From: Shigella phage Henu12
Length of the DNA: 64,000 nucleotides
Sequence record: OQ834936
Reading direction: 5' to 3' (one strand)
Positions within the stretch are counted from its first letter, which is position 1; the number at the start of each line of letters is the position of its first letter. Below the pieces are notes generated by a model that made no database searches, was not told where the DNA came from, and worked only from the letters and a program-made list of their open reading frames with translations. Of this stretch, positions 36,922-51,280 are shown in pieces. Position numbers and translations under genes: made by a program.

Positions 36922-39453
36922 TTATGCAGTTCTTACCCAAGCCATTAGTTTAATGTAAGTGTTAAGAACACTGAATGCTGCACCAGAACCAGTTGCCCCA
37001 GTGTTACCACTTAATGTGTGGGCATGAGCACCAATTGTCACAGTGTGTGTATGGTTACCATCGCCAGCAGCACTACCAGAGAATCCGTGAGCGTGGTCAC
37101 CTACAGCTTCTGTTGCTTGATAACCTGCAACACCAGCCCATTGACCAGCAGCACCGACATAAGCAAACTGCTGAGAAGTGTTCAGGTAACGAACTGCAAC
37201 ATTATGGGCGTGACCACCCGCACCAGCCGTTGAACCAGACACAGAGTGTCCATGCCAACCATTTAATGAAGTCCCAATCGTCCCGTGGTCATGTGTAGAT
37301 GTTGTTGCAGAGAAACTATGTGTATGACTTGGAAGATGACCTACAGCAATACTCTTAGAGTCTGAGCCACCTACAGAACCAACATCCTCACCAGTTGAAG
37401 AGGCAATTCTAATAGTTCTGAACTGACCATTTGATAGGTAAGCCCAAGTAGTTCCTGCAAATGCTGTATTAGGGTTTACATTCGATGCAAAGAACGTTAC
37501 CATACCAACTGGATAGATTTTGTTAAGGTCTGTTGAGTTAGAAATAGCTGTTGCAATCTTCTGGTCAGTCTCTGCTTTAGTGTAAGCTCCAACATCTCCA
37601 GCAGAAGGTTTCTGGAAAGTGTTGTAATCAATTACCACATAACCATCAACCGCATTAGCTGGCTTAGTAGATGACACAGTAGGAGCAGAATGGACAGTAA
37701 TAACTGCACCATTGACACCCTGAAACTCTACCAGAGTACCCATCGCATATGGCCCAACTTGTAAGTAAACATCATAGTTATCTCCACCAACTGAAACAGT
37801 ACATACATCAACACCAACACCACTATCTGTACTTCTGTAAAGAACAGCATTTAGACCCGATGGGTTTGCATTTCCACTTCTCAATACTAGTTCATTTTTA
37901 CCACACTGATTAAATGAACCAACGTTGAAACCTGTACCACCATAGAGTCTTAAAGTTGCTGTTGATGGTGTTTGTGGCATTGTTACAGTAGCAATTTTCA
38001 CCCAACCACTGTCATAAGTTGTTGCATTCATAGCAGTAGCTCTTGAGAATACAGTATTAGCAACACTTTGTGTGTAGTACCTTGCATCAAAGTTAGATAC
38101 ATCTGTAGGGATAACTTGACCTTCAACTCTTAAAGGTTTATTGAGATAAGCTACATCCCTTAACTCTAGATATGTATTCACCTTATAGTTGTGAAAGCGA
38201 ATAACATCAGAACTGTCGAAATTACCAATAAACCATCTACCAGCACCAGTACTATCTTTTGCAATAACCCCGTTGCTATTCATTGGCTGGGTATTCTGAA
38301 GAACTAGTGGAACTCCATCTGCAAGAATAGTTTGAGCACCTGTGAAAGTGTTTGCAGAGTTATTTCTTGCAAGACTACTTAATGTTGCAGCCGGAATATA
38401 TCTTGAGTCAAAGTTAGCAAAGTCAGATGGTTTAACCTGACCAGTCACATTCAGAGGCTTGCTGAAGAAGAACTCTGTAGAGAGTCTCATAGTTGCACCT
38501 GTCATCTGGTTAAACAAGTTAACATCCTGCTTAGTCCCATCAGGTTGACCAAGATACCAAGACTCTGAACCAGAACCTGCGTAGGCTTGAACAAATACTG
38601 CACCGTTTGCTGTAGCTGGTTTCAATCTAAGCAAAGACCCATCAGAAATAATTGTCTGATAGTTTGTGAAGTTGTTTGCACCTGAGAAGGTATTATTTTC
38701 AGTTAGTCTTGCAAATCTTTGGTCAGCAGCATTCTGAGTGAAGTATCTAGCATCTAAGTTAGAGAAGTCAGAAGGTTGAACTTGACCAGTGATTCTTAGT
38801 GTTTTATTGATAGCAATATCATTAGTGAGATTAACTAGGGAACCGGTCTTGTTGTTGTAGAAAATAACATCGTCACTTCCTGAATCATTACCTACATACC
38901 ACCTATTAGCTCCAGTACTATCCTGGCCTCTGATATACAACGGTGAGTTCTCAGAAGAGTTTTTTAACCTAATAGCTTCACCATTTGCTTGAATAACTTG
39001 TTGGGAGGTAAAGATGTTATTTGCAGCTAGTCTTGAGTATCTTGCATCATTTTCCTCATTTGTTCTCATACCCAAATCAGCAGGGCTTGGTTTATTTAGA
39101 GTATGGTAAACAAATGCTGTTCTTGTTGCATCAGAAACCTTCAAAGCTAACCCATTAGCGTTAATTTTAAAAGTCTTGGCAACATCCCCTAAAATAATCT
39201 CAGAAGAACCTGTTGGGTCTAATAAATCTTTTCCACCGTAAGTTAACTTAACAATACCCAGATTACCTGTCATATTCCCGCCAGCTAATTGCAAGAATCT
39301 TTCAAGTCTGAATGAAGCTAAGAAGTTTGCATAGGTCATTTTACGGTCTTCATCACCTAGCATATCTGACCTTTTAATTACTCTCAAATGTAATAGGTCG
39401 TCTGAGCGAACTGTATCAATTGTGTTTAGTTCACTTAGTTTGTATTCAGCCAT
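36922..39453 (-). CDS. tail fiber protein with internal repeats and C-terminal HxH-rich tip
   Basis: 843 aa; three roughly 110-aa repeats (GQVxPSDFxNxDxRY...); C-terminal His-x-His repeats ending AFSVLNTYIKLMAWVRTA. Confidence 0.75.
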   Translation of the reverse strand: MAEYKLSELNTIDTVRSDDLLHLRVIKRSDMLGDEDRKMTYANFLASFRLERFLQLAGGNMTGNLGIVKLTYGGKDLLDPTGSSEIILGDVAKTFKINANGLALKVSDATRTAFVYHTLNKPSPADLGMRTNEENDARYSRLAANNIFTSQQVIQANGEAIRLKNSSENSPLYIRGQDSTGANRWYVGNDSGSDDVIFYNNKTGSLVNLTNDIAINKTLRITGQVQPSDFSNLDARYFTQNAADQRFARLTENNTFSGANNFTNYQTIISDGSLLRLKPATANGAVFVQAYAGSGSESWYLGQPDGTKQDVNLFNQMTGATMRLSTEFFFSKPLNVTGQVKPSDFANFDSRYIPAATLSSLARNNSANTFTGAQTILADGVPLVLQNTQPMNSNGVIAKDSTGAGRWFIGNFDSSDVIRFHNYKVNTYLELRDVAYLNKPLRVEGQVIPTDVSNFDARYYTQSVANTVFSRATAMNATTYDSGWVKIATVTMPQTPSTATLRLYGGTGFNVGSFNQCGKNELVLRSGNANPSGLNAVLYRSTDSGVGVDVCTVSVGGDNYDVYLQVGPYAMGTLVEFQGVNGAVITVHSAPTVSSTKPANAVDGYVVIDYNTFQKPSAGDVGAYTKAETDQKIATAISNSTDLNKIYPVGMVTFFASNVNPNTAFAGTTWAYLSNGQFRTIRIASSTGEDVGSVGGSDSKSIAVGHLPSHTHSFSATTSTHDHGTIGTSLNGWHGHSVSGSTAGAGGHAHNVAVRYLNTSQQFAYVGAAGQWAGVAGYQATEAVGDHAHGFSGSAAGDGNHTHTVTIGAHAHTLSGNTGATGSGAAFSVLNTYIKLMAWVRTA

Positions 39454-39469
39454 TTATCAATCCTCTTTA

Positions 39470-39487
39470 TAGGGGCTGTGTAGCCCC
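39470..39487 (-). other. GC stem-loop GGGGCU-ACAC-AGCCCC directly upstream of the tail fiber RBS
   Basis: 7-bp inverted repeat between the two fiber genes, no U-tract. Confidence 0.4.
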
Positions 39488-39498
39488 TTTATAAATTT

Positions 39499-40707
39499 TT
39501 AAGCAACTCTCTTCCACACATAAACAACATAAGATGGTTGTTCAACACTGAAAGCTTGTCCACCACCAGTGCTACCAGAAGTACCAGAGTGAGTGTGGTC
39601 AGCATTAGCAATGTTAACCGTAATGTTGTGTGAGTGAGCACCAATAGCTACAGAGTGGCTATGTGAGCCAATTGCTACAGAGTGAGCGTGAGCACCAACA
39701 TACAAAGAGTGGTTGTGTGCTCCAATCGTCACAACGTGAGAGTGGTCACCTGCCCCATAAGTTGGTTGTGAAGTTGATGTTACACCACCATCACCACCTG
39801 CTGCAAAGTTGTTGTTACCACGTCCACCAACGTTCTGTACAAGAGCTTGGTGAGTGTGATTGCCAGAGTTGTTTGTATTCCTTGAACCATAGTCAAAAGT
39901 ACTGGTATACTTAGTTCCATAGTCAAAGTCACTTGTAGATTTTGTACCATAATCAAACACACTCGTTGTCTTATTTCCGTGGTCGAAACTTGAAGCTGAC
40001 GCACTATTACCATGCGTGTGAGTTCCACCAGTTAAATAAATAGAGTGGGTGTGTGGTGGTAAGTTATTCTGAGAAAGTGCTACAGATGCACTACCAAAAT
40101 TAGTTTCAACTGGTCTTGTGTCAGAATCATAACCAACTAATGCTCTACCTTTAGAGACAAGTTCCCAAGTCCCTCCGCACAGTAAATATGTAGCAGGGTT
40201 TGCAGGGTTAACTGACAAATGAATAGTACCAATTGGATAGCTATTCTGGATAGCTCTATATAAAGCATTCACAGCTTTTGCAGTAGCATACTTATCAGCA
40301 TCTTCAGAGTAAGAGTTTGAATATGTCCAGTTTTGAATATTAGACAAACCTACTTGAATCTTGTTAGTGTTGTGAGGGTTATTCTTGTCATTAATGTGAT
40401 TTTGAATAAGGGCATTAACTTCATCACTTGAAAGGATTCCAAGGTTTAATCTAGCCTCAGCAACATTTACCACGTCTGACAAGTTATTAGCAGCCACTAA
40501 TTGGAGTGCGTTAACAACATTACCAAGTTCTACGTGAACCTTTGTAACACCGTGTGGGTTATTTCTTAAAGATGCGTGTGGAGCAAGTAATTGCTCAAGT
40601 GTGCATCGTTTATCCTCAATACCTTGCTTAAGGTGAAAGATATCACTTAAATCAATAGGCAACGAGGCTTGAGGTAATGCACTAATTTGAATTTCACCTA
40701 CTGGCAT
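39499..40707 (-). CDS. tail fiber protein (second, HxH-rich C-terminus)
   Basis: 402 aa; C-terminal GAHNHSLYVGAHAHSVAIGSHSHSVAIGAHSH... ending QAFSVEQPSYVVYVWKRVA, paralogous to the tip of 36922-39453. Confidence 0.7.
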   Translation of the reverse strand: MPVGEIQISALPQASLPIDLSDIFHLKQGIEDKRCTLEQLLAPHASLRNNPHGVTKVHVELGNVVNALQLVAANNLSDVVNVAEARLNLGILSSDEVNALIQNHINDKNNPHNTNKIQVGLSNIQNWTYSNSYSEDADKYATAKAVNALYRAIQNSYPIGTIHLSVNPANPATYLLCGGTWELVSKGRALVGYDSDTRPVETNFGSASVALSQNNLPPHTHSIYLTGGTHTHGNSASASSFDHGNKTTSVFDYGTKSTSDFDYGTKYTSTFDYGSRNTNNSGNHTHQALVQNVGGRGNNNFAAGGDGGVTSTSQPTYGAGDHSHVVTIGAHNHSLYVGAHAHSVAIGSHSHSVAIGAHSHNITVNIANADHTHSGTSGSTGGGQAFSVEQPSYVVYVWKRVA

Positions 40708-40709
40708 TA

Positions 40710-41009
40710 TTAGCTCCCTTTATATTCGTATGTGTAAAGGTTAGTCGTGCTAGTGGGTGCAGTTCCTGTTACTGTGTCAATTAATTCCCAACCATTGGAA
40801 ACTAAATCAGGTTGCTCTGTAGCAAATGAACGAACCTCTCCAACCGTACCATTTACTTTGTTAAGCAAATAGTTGATAATATAGTTAAACCACTGACGAC
40901 CCATAGGCTCACCCCTTAATAGGCCAGTGGCTTGAATTTCTGGAGGTGGTAAAACTTTAAGCTGGTTACCATCAGCATCAACTGTGTCTGTAGACCATGA
41001 AAGAGACAT
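40710..41009 (-). CDS. hypothetical tail/baseplate protein
   Basis: 99 aa ORF within the baseplate-fiber block. Confidence 0.4.
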   Translation of the reverse strand: MSLSWSTDTVDADGNQLKVLPPPEIQATGLLRGEPMGRQWFNYIINYLLNKVNGTVGEVRSFATEQPDLVSNGWELIDTVTGTAPTSTTNLYTYEYKGS

Positions 41010-41905
41010 TATGAACTTCCTTCTTGTTGAGATTTATCTTTTCTGCCTTTGACGATTTGGGCGACTTCTGCCATAATCCCATAATCACCACCTGCTACTG
41101 TTTCTTTACCAGCAATGAAATAGTCGTTGCTATTGTTTGTTTTGCTGACTTTTAAATAATCTTTACTGGTACTTCCACCAGTTTTATCCACTCTTACATA
41201 ACCATCTCTTACACCTGCATCTGCAAAACTACCTAATTTATTTGCTTCTAGAGAGCCACCTGTGTTGTTCGTAATAAGACCCTTGTTAGTGTTTGTTACA
41301 AACCAGTTATTGTTCTCATCAGTAATTGCCAGAGATGAATCAGCAACCTCTACAGGAGTCCAAGCAGTACCATTTAAGGTAACATCTCTAAGGATAACTG
41401 CTGAACCAATAGTTGTTGCAGCAATCTTAGAAAGTGTGTATGCTGTATCTAACACGTTATTACGAGTGTTTACACGGATAACAATTCCACCAGTCATTGG
41501 TGTGATATGTTCAAAGATTTGACTAAACGTTGCATTGTAAAGGGTCATAACAGCCCTTTGTAAGAAGCTTGGTGTGGTATCAGAACGTCTTAAGAAAATT
41601 TGAATGTAGAGGATAGCTCTGTAAGTGTCATCATCAGCACCAATAGGTCTAGGGACTTTAATCAAAGCCCCAATGTTATCAAGTTGTGTGCCAACACCTA
41701 CACGAATATTTCTTTCAGTATATAACTGATTACTGATATCCTCTAATAATTGTAACTCATCTGTGATAGATTTCAATAGACTCGTGTAAATAAACTTATC
41801 TTTGAATTGAGTTACAGTTCTTTCGTCCAATGTTTTCTCATAAAAGTTTTCAATCTTTTTAAACATTGTTACTCCTTGGTAATTGTATACTGTGAGCTTT
41901 CCCAA
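41009..41905 (-). CDS. baseplate/tail fiber-associated protein (P2 gpI-like position)
   Basis: 298 aa; position after the J-like baseplate gene. Confidence 0.4.
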   Translation of the reverse strand: MGKLTVYNYQGVTMFKKIENFYEKTLDERTVTQFKDKFIYTSLLKSITDELQLLEDISNQLYTERNIRVGVGTQLDNIGALIKVPRPIGADDDTYRAILYIQIFLRRSDTTPSFLQRAVMTLYNATFSQIFEHITPMTGGIVIRVNTRNNVLDTAYTLSKIAATTIGSAVILRDVTLNGTAWTPVEVADSSLAITDENNNWFVTNTNKGLITNNTGGSLEANKLGSFADAGVRDGYVRVDKTGGSTSKDYLKVSKTNNSNDYFIAGKETVAGGDYGIMAEVAQIVKGRKDKSQQEGSS

Positions 41906-43338
41906 ACAGTGTACTGGTCACCATCAATAGTGATTCTTGAAGTTGTGTACTGCCCCTCAGCAGGTGGAATTGCTTGGTTATTTGAAAGTGCTACTTTGAT
42001 TTCATTAATCTCGATACCTTGAATCACATCATAGATATGTCCATAGATTCTGTTAGGGATTACATCGTTACCAACTTTCAAAGTTCTACCGTAGGCATTA
42101 ATACCTTGAACAATTCTGTCATGAATATCCTGTTCAGGGATGTTAAGAGTTTCTTCATCGTAAAGAGAGTAAGTAACCTTGACAAAAACGTATTTAGGCA
42201 TTGGTCTACTAAAGTAAACGTCGTGAGGTAATGAACCTAAGTCATATGCAGTACCAAAGATAGTACCAAATGCACGAATACCAGCAGGTTTCGTGTCCCA
42301 GATTGCCTGTGCAATATTATCATTCTGACCACCAACTACAACAATCTTAAAAGACTTCGGAGGAAGACCATCAGCGTTTGTTGTCTCAGTATCATTTTCT
42401 ACACCAGAAGCATCAGACACACCTTGAACCCTCTTGACAGCAGCCACAATAGCGTCTAAAGTACCTACACCAGTAACGGCTAAGGATTCTAGGTAACGCT
42501 GTCTAAGCTCTGTGTCAGTTTCTTCGTTACGACCAGTTACTAAATCATATCTGTTGAATACACTATCAAGACCATCTACAGTTGTCTCAATTTCAATAAG
42601 TGTCCCTGCTAAGGTCTGGATAGCTCCAGTTTCTTCAGCTACAACGTCACTAATTGACACAATCTTTGTAAATGTTAGGAAGGTTGTTGCAGTTACAACC
42701 ATAGGGTTTGTTCTTGCAATGATATCTCCAGTATCTTTGTAGATTCTTAATAGGGAGCCATCATTAATAACTTCAGCCTTTGCAACAATACCACCATTAA
42801 TAGCATCTGCTAAGTTTTGTAGCAGGGTTGTGATGGTGTCGGAACTTGTAGGGTGATAAGAGTACTCAACGTTATCAATGATAATAACATAGTTTGCATC
42901 AGTACGTAAAGAGTTAACTTCCAAATTTGCTTCAACACAGTAAGAAGGTGTCAATGTAAATGTATTCACAGGGTAAAAGATATTACCTGCTGTGCTTCTT
43001 AATCTTGTAGTGGCTGGTACAGGAGCACCAGAATTACCAGTGAACTCAGCTTGGCCTCTTGTAGCCTGTGCCACATATCTGTATACAGCATTCAAAGCTG
43101 TTACATCATCTAAACTGAATCCTTCAGCTTTGTCAATAGTACCACCGTCATAAATTTCTGACAAGATTTCATGAACGTCTGCAAGACCCCGGCAAACAGA
43201 AGCTAAGAATAACCCAAGTTCGCTATCTTCAGAAACATCAAGGTTTGGTGAGATATCTCTATACAGACTTGCTTTAACATCATCCAAGATTTCTTGATAT
43301 CTTTTTGTTTGTAAACCTGTAGTTGTTAATCCAGCCAT
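41869..43338 (-). CDS. baseplate J-like protein
   Basis: 489 aa; size and position (after the W-like gene) match P2 gpJ / T4 gp6-type baseplate wedge. Confidence 0.55.
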   Translation of the reverse strand: MAGLTTTGLQTKRYQEILDDVKASLYRDISPNLDVSEDSELGLFLASVCRGLADVHEILSEIYDGGTIDKAEGFSLDDVTALNAVYRYVAQATRGQAEFTGNSGAPVPATTRLRSTAGNIFYPVNTFTLTPSYCVEANLEVNSLRTDANYVIIIDNVEYSYHPTSSDTITTLLQNLADAINGGIVAKAEVINDGSLLRIYKDTGDIIARTNPMVVTATTFLTFTKIVSISDVVAEETGAIQTLAGTLIEIETTVDGLDSVFNRYDLVTGRNEETDTELRQRYLESLAVTGVGTLDAIVAAVKRVQGVSDASGVENDTETTNADGLPPKSFKIVVVGGQNDNIAQAIWDTKPAGIRAFGTIFGTAYDLGSLPHDVYFSRPMPKYVFVKVTYSLYDEETLNIPEQDIHDRIVQGINAYGRTLKVGNDVIPNRIYGHIYDVIQGIEINEIKVALSNNQAIPPAEGQYTTSRITIDGDQYTVWESSQYTITKE

Positions 43339-43753
43339 TAAATGTTTACCTCTGTATTAATTTCAACATCGTCAGCAGTTGTCGTTGCATTAAATCTTAC
43401 TGACACTTTCCTCATTGCATTATCCATTGTTGAAGAGTAGTTGTAGATGTTTGTTACATCTCTCGTTTCAACAAGGTAACCTTTCATATAATTATCAAAA
43501 ATAGAGGTCTTCTGCTTGAACTTAGCAAGCTGTAAATAAGGGAATCCAGCAGATGTATTAAAGAATACCTCTCCAGCCCTTAGAAGACACCTAATATGTA
43601 ATCTTTGAGCTACCTGAGTAGCTTTATCGTCTTCTGGGATAATTCTAATCTGATTACCCGTAATTTTTAAATCTCCGTGAGCAACGTATACAGAATCATT
43701 TCCTAATTTAGCTACGTAGTCACCACCAAGATTAATTGCAAAATCTGTTTTCA

Positions 43754-43754
<1 letters not shown>
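43338..43754 (-). CDS. baseplate W/gp25-like protein
   Basis: 138 aa; small protein between the V-like and J-like genes. Confidence 0.45.
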
Positions 43755-46515
<2,761 letters not shown>

Positions 46516-46516
<1 letters not shown>

Positions 46517-48753
46517 TATTCATCCTCTGGGTAGCTAGAGTTTAACAGAATATCTTCCTGACTCTTATCAGTGATATCCACCATCTTAGTAGCAATCTGC
46601 TTACCATCCAGATTAAAGGAAACGTTAAGCGTCTGCTTAGTTTGCAATGGTAGTCCAGAGGGAGTCATCATCATAGGTGTCTGGTTAAACTTGTTTGCAA
46701 AGTTATTTAGAGACTCAGACAGGTTGTTCATGATAATATCCCAATTTGACAAACCATTATCAACCCTCTGAATATTTCCAGAAGTGTCTGTGGTATATTG
46801 TGCAAACTGAAGTTGCCCATTCTGGTCAAAGAACATTGGACGTTTTGGATTAGTGATTCCTGAGATAGCTTCATTGAAAGGATTAGGTGTGTTAACCTCG
46901 TTAAATCTCTTTCCAGCATTCTTGTCAACTGAACCAGATAACATTAATGCAGAACCACCTACACCAAGAGCCATTCTGGTTGCTGATACACCAGCCGTTG
47001 TAGCTGCTGTTTCTGCTGCTGTAGTTAATCCAAACTTCTGTGCAATCTTAGCTAAGATACCTTCTTCAAAGATACTCTTGACAAATGCTACAGTACCACC
47101 AAAGATTTTAGCGACTTTTGTAATAGCTGCAATTGAGACACCAATAGCGGTGAACGTAGCAACTAACTCAGCAGAATCCTTGATTAGTTTCTGTTGACTA
47201 GCATCTAATTCCTTGAAATAGCCCATTGAGGTATAGTACAATGAAGAAATGCGGTACATGATATCTGTCACGAAGTCTAGAAGGTTACTAGCACCTTTTA
47301 AAAGGTAACCAATACCTGTACCAAGTGCTTCAGATGTACCAAGGGAACCTTGCAAGAACATTGCAACTGAGTTAGAGAGTTGTGAGATACCTTCGCTAGA
47401 GTTGTTAAACAAAGCTACAAGGGTGTTATCCCACATTGCCTTTGCTTGACCCATAGAGGTAGCTGTCTGCTTAGAAACTGCATTCATACCACCTGCTGCT
47501 TCAACAAGCTCTCTCATTTTTTCTGAGACTTTTGGTAGAACGTCTTTTGCAAGAAGCTGACCATCTTTCATCATCTTGTCAAGTTCTTGTGGAGTTTTAC
47601 CAATAGCATCAGCAAATAACTGAACCGCACCTGCCAAACGGTCACCTAACTGACCACGAAGTTCTTCAGCCTGAATCTTACCTTTAGATGCCATTTGCTG
47701 GAAAGCAACCATGATACCTTTCAAGTCTTCATCAGAAGCACCACGAATACGTGAGAACATAGCAGCATTTTTATAGAACTCTTGAGTTCCTTTAAAACCT
47801 AACTCTGGTTGAGCACCAGCAGCGAAGTTTGAGTACTGCTTCATAGTGTCTGTGTAGTTCTGACCAATCTGGTGAGAGAACGTAGCAGCGAACATTCTAG
47901 CTTGCTGTGTATCCCCTCCAAAGATAGCTGTTGAGGCTAACTGTGCAGACTGTCTCTTTACACCTGCATCAATAGTCTTCTGAGCTAATTCCAGCATAGC
48001 ATACGCTGAAACAAAACCACCTACAAGCTGTCTTAGTGAAGAGTTTGCTCTGTCTTGTAACCAAGCTGACTCTCTGACTGCCTTAAGTCTAGCATTTTCT
48101 GCAATAACCCAACGTTTGGTAGTGTCAATGAGTTTCTTGACTTCCATCTCATACTCACCAACTTTACCACTACCTTTGTACTTATTATAGATTCCTTGTA
48201 AGCTTCCTCTGAAGGAAGTAGCCATTTGGTTACCTTGTCCACCAATTGTTTCAAGACGACGAGTCAAACCAGAATAGAAGTTGTTGTTAAACATTCTTTC
48301 CATCTGTCTTTGAGCAATATCAGGTCTAACTCTAGGTGAACCACCACCTCCAACCGGAGGGATAGTGTTACCACGGCCTCTACCAACTCCACCACGAACA
48401 TTGACTTTACCTTCAACATTCATAGCTTGTCTTAGAGCCTTATTAATTTCTTTGGCTGTTTTCTTACCCTGTGTTTCTAATCTACGAAGTGATTTTACAC
48501 CTTGTGAATCTAAATTCATAGCATTGTTTAGGGATTTATTGATTCTGCCTGAAGCAGTCTGAGCGTTTTTTACAAGTCTGTTTAGAGCGTCTTGTGAACT
48601 TCTATTAGGCTTCACATCAAAGGCTTTATTGATATTGCGTTCAATACGTTGAGCAGACTGCATAGCCATTTTCTCAACTCTTTGCAAACCCTTAATAACC
48701 TTTTCACTGAATCCAAGTTCAACAATAAAACTATCAACTGTATATTGTGCCAT
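46516..48753 (-). CDS. tail tape measure protein
   Basis: 745 aa; Ala/Gly/Gln-rich, likely helical; sits between the chaperone genes and the baseplate genes. Confidence 0.7.
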
Positions 48754-48980
48754 TAAATTTTACCTGCTTTTCTGAGTTCGTTGTAAGCCATTTCTTCTTT
48801 ATATGACTTCTGGATTTCTAAATATTGACGTAGAGATAATAAATCAACGAAGGTCATATCAAAAAGTTGGTTGAGTGTTTCTTTACACCCATCCATACCA
48901 TAAATAGCAAGCACAAATTTCATCTCATCTGCTTCATCATAAGTTGCCTTTACAGCCCCGTCAGTCAGCGGGGTCTGCAT
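48753..48980 (-). CDS. tail assembly chaperone (putative)
   Basis: 75 aa ORF between tube and tape measure. Confidence 0.4.
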   Translation of the reverse strand: MQTPLTDGAVKATYDEADEMKFVLAIYGMDGCKETLNQLFDMTFVDLLSLRQYLEIQKSYKEEMAYNELRKAGKI

Positions 48981-48988
48981 AGAATAAC

Positions 48989-49390
48989 TTAAGCTTCCTG
49001 TTGAGAAGTTAGGCTTTTGAAAATGCTTGCCTCGAAAAAACTTCCGAAGTTTGCCTCCAAAGCAAAAGCTAAAAAGTCAATAAATTCACCGTAGTTCGCT
49101 TGGAAGTAACTATCAATTTTCAGTGGGAAGTCATTAACTGTTGCCCCCTGAAATAGTGTCTCTGCCATTGCATCAATATCTAGTTCATCAACCTTTTCAA
49201 AGCAAGCTTCAACGAGTTCTTTAAATGGGATTTTAGATTCCCCATCTTTAGAGGTTAAACCAGAGAACATCTGTGCAAATGCTGGTACAACTGCTTTACC
49301 AAGTTTCATAGAGATACGGATACCATCTCTTGCTCCAAGAAGAATAATAGTTACCTTCTTGCCATTAATCATTTTAGTTTCAGTCTTCAT
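48989..49390 (-). CDS. tail assembly chaperone (putative)
   Basis: 133 aa acidic ORF between tube and tape measure. Confidence 0.45.
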   Translation of the reverse strand: MKTETKMINGKKVTIILLGARDGIRISMKLGKAVVPAFAQMFSGLTSKDGESKIPFKELVEACFEKVDELDIDAMAETLFQGATVNDFPLKIDSYFQANYGEFIDFLAFALEANFGSFFEASIFKSLTSQQEA

Positions 49391-49416
49391 TGTGATTCCT
49401 TAAAAGTTATGCTATA

Positions 49417-49453
49417 AAAACACAAAAGGGGAAGACCTTTTACAGTCTCCCCC
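49417..49453 (-). terminator. intrinsic terminator after the tail tube gene
   Basis: GGGGAAGAC/GUCUCCCCC hairpin with T-rich run on the minus strand. Confidence 0.5.
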
Positions 49454-49466
49454 TTATTAGGATTTG

Positions 49467-49913
49467 TTAAACGCTTGACGCAGGGATTGTTGAAGTGTAG
49501 TCTAACTTCTCACAACCGAAAATCCAAGTTTTCGAGTTCTGGTCACGACCTAATTCAATCTGTGGAAGCTCTTGCAACCAAGCATTAATACCTGTTGCCA
49601 GAACTGAACCAGATGGGTCGTAAATTACAAAGTTAGATGAGATATCTTCTTCAAGTTCCATGTCATCTTGTTTAGCTTGAATTGCAGAAAGCATCTGGTT
49701 TGATAGAGAAGTCTGCATTAGCTCAATCTCAATCGTACCTGTCTTGTCTGCATTTCTTGTCAGAGCTACTTGACCACCTGCACCTACAACTGGCGTAACA
49801 AGTGGAGAAGTTCTCTGAAGACGCAAGAATGAGTCTGGTGCAAAACCTTCAATGGCAATGCCATTCCAGCTACAAACTACATCTTTAGGGGAATATTGCT
49901 GATACATAGCCAT
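49467..49913 (-). CDS. tail tube protein
   Basis: 148 aa; directly downstream of the sheath gene. Confidence 0.6.
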   Translation of the reverse strand: MAMYQQYSPKDVVCSWNGIAIEGFAPDSFLRLQRTSPLVTPVVGAGGQVALTRNADKTGTIEIELMQTSLSNQMLSAIQAKQDDMELEEDISSNFVIYDPSGSVLATGINAWLQELPQIELGRDQNSKTWIFGCEKLDYTSTIPASSV

Positions 49914-49927
49914 TCCTAATTACTCCT

Positions 49928-51280
49928 TTATTCGTAAGCCACTGTGCCTTTCAAGTCAACATCCAAGATAGCCCCTGCAAGAATACCGTGGAAGGTAACG
50001 TCTTTCAGGATACGTGCTTTCTTATCTGCCAATGCAACTTGTGAGGCTTTAGGAACAGTAACGGTGTAAGTTGACAAAAAGTTTCTGTTAACTGCTCGCT
50101 GAAGAGATGTTTCAATGACCTGACGAATACGGGTAATACCAGTATCATCATAAGTAATCTTACCACCCTTCTGATTAATTAGCAAGTCTCTCAGAGATGT
50201 TTTCAAATCAGATTCAAGCCAATCAACACCACGTACAATATCAATCCATTCACCACCAGAAGTGATACCTCTACGCACTACAGGAACCCCACCATCGAGG
50301 TCAATGAAATTACAGCTACGGGTATCCAAAGCTGACTTCTGAATGCTTGTCAGTGGTCTCTGGTTAGCAGGTTGTAGAGATGCTGCAACACCAGTTAATT
50401 GAGCGTTACCCCAAGCAATTGAACCTGCATCATATGGAGAACCATATGCGATGTAAGCCATTTCTGGGTAGTCATACTCGGCTGTGTGATGCCACAAGCA
50501 AACTGTACGAGTGTACTTGCTCTTAGCTAACTGTGCCGGAACGTCAGTAGCAGAAGCCAGTTCAGTTCCTTGCAGAGCTTTCACGTCATTGCTTGCTGTG
50601 AAGAAAATCTTTCTGCGAGCCTGAATCTCAGAAGCCATTGCAGTAACGAACTGTGAAGTTCTGTCTTCAGTTGCAATAAAGTACCAATCAGTTGAGTACG
50701 TTTCAATTGCAGCCAGAGCTACAGAAGCACTATCAGCAGTTGTTGCAGAGATTGAAAGAGTCTGTGCAGTTGTTGTAACTTTTACGAAATCATTCTCTCC
50801 AGCTTTTGTGATAATCATCGTAGCAGAACCAGCAGAACCGGAAACGCTAACTGTTACATTATCCTTCAAAGCAGGGTTTGCTTCAATCTGTGTCTTAAAC
50901 TGAGTCAGTACAACTTCAGCAGTGTCATCAGACTGAGCAGTGTACTGGAACGGTTGAGAAACACCGCCACCTACAGCAACTGTCAGAGAGTAATCTGTAC
51001 TTTCAGTAACTTCGTCAGGAATAGAAACAGTATATTGCATAGTTCTTCTACCAATATACAGTTGAGTTACTTTTGGAGTTTGGCTCCATAGCTGTTTTGC
51101 AGCTTTATACGCAGCAGTACTTTCATCAAAGTCTTCAGCTACTTCTGTTAATGAAGTATAACCACGGATTCTTTCTTCAAAGTTATCTGTTGAAGCAAGG
51201 AATAATGGTAAACCAAAACCTTCTCTTGTAGTTCCTGCTGTGTTCAATGTAATATCTACATTAACAATTGGATTCCACAT
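49928..51280 (-). CDS. contractile tail sheath protein
   Basis: 450 aa; canonical sheath-tube-chaperone-tape measure order. Confidence 0.7.
   Translation of the reverse strand: MWNPIVNVDITLNTAGTTREGFGLPLFLASTDNFEERIRGYTSLTEVAEDFDESTAAYKAAKQLWSQTPKVTQLYIGRRTMQYTVSIPDEVTESTDYSLTVAVGGGVSQPFQYTAQSDDTAEVVLTQFKTQIEANPALKDNVTVSVSGSAGSATMIITKAGENDFVKVTTTAQTLSISATTADSASVALAAIETYSTDWYFIATEDRTSQFVTAMASEIQARRKIFFTASNDVKALQGTELASATDVPAQLAKSKYTRTVCLWHHTAEYDYPEMAYIAYGSPYDAGSIAWGNAQLTGVAASLQPANQRPLTSIQKSALDTRSCNFIDLDGGVPVVRRGITSGGEWIDIVRGVDWLESDLKTSLRDLLINQKGGKITYDDTGITRIRQVIETSLQRAVNRNFLSTYTVTVPKASQVALADKKARILKDVTFHGILAGAILDVDLKGTVAYE

Noticed and set aside
36975-37298. His/Gln-rich plus-strand ORFs antisense to the tail fiber tips (also 39663-39914)
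   Set aside because: Antisense reading of the HxH-encoding repeats; no RBS; the sense frame gives a coherent fiber protein.
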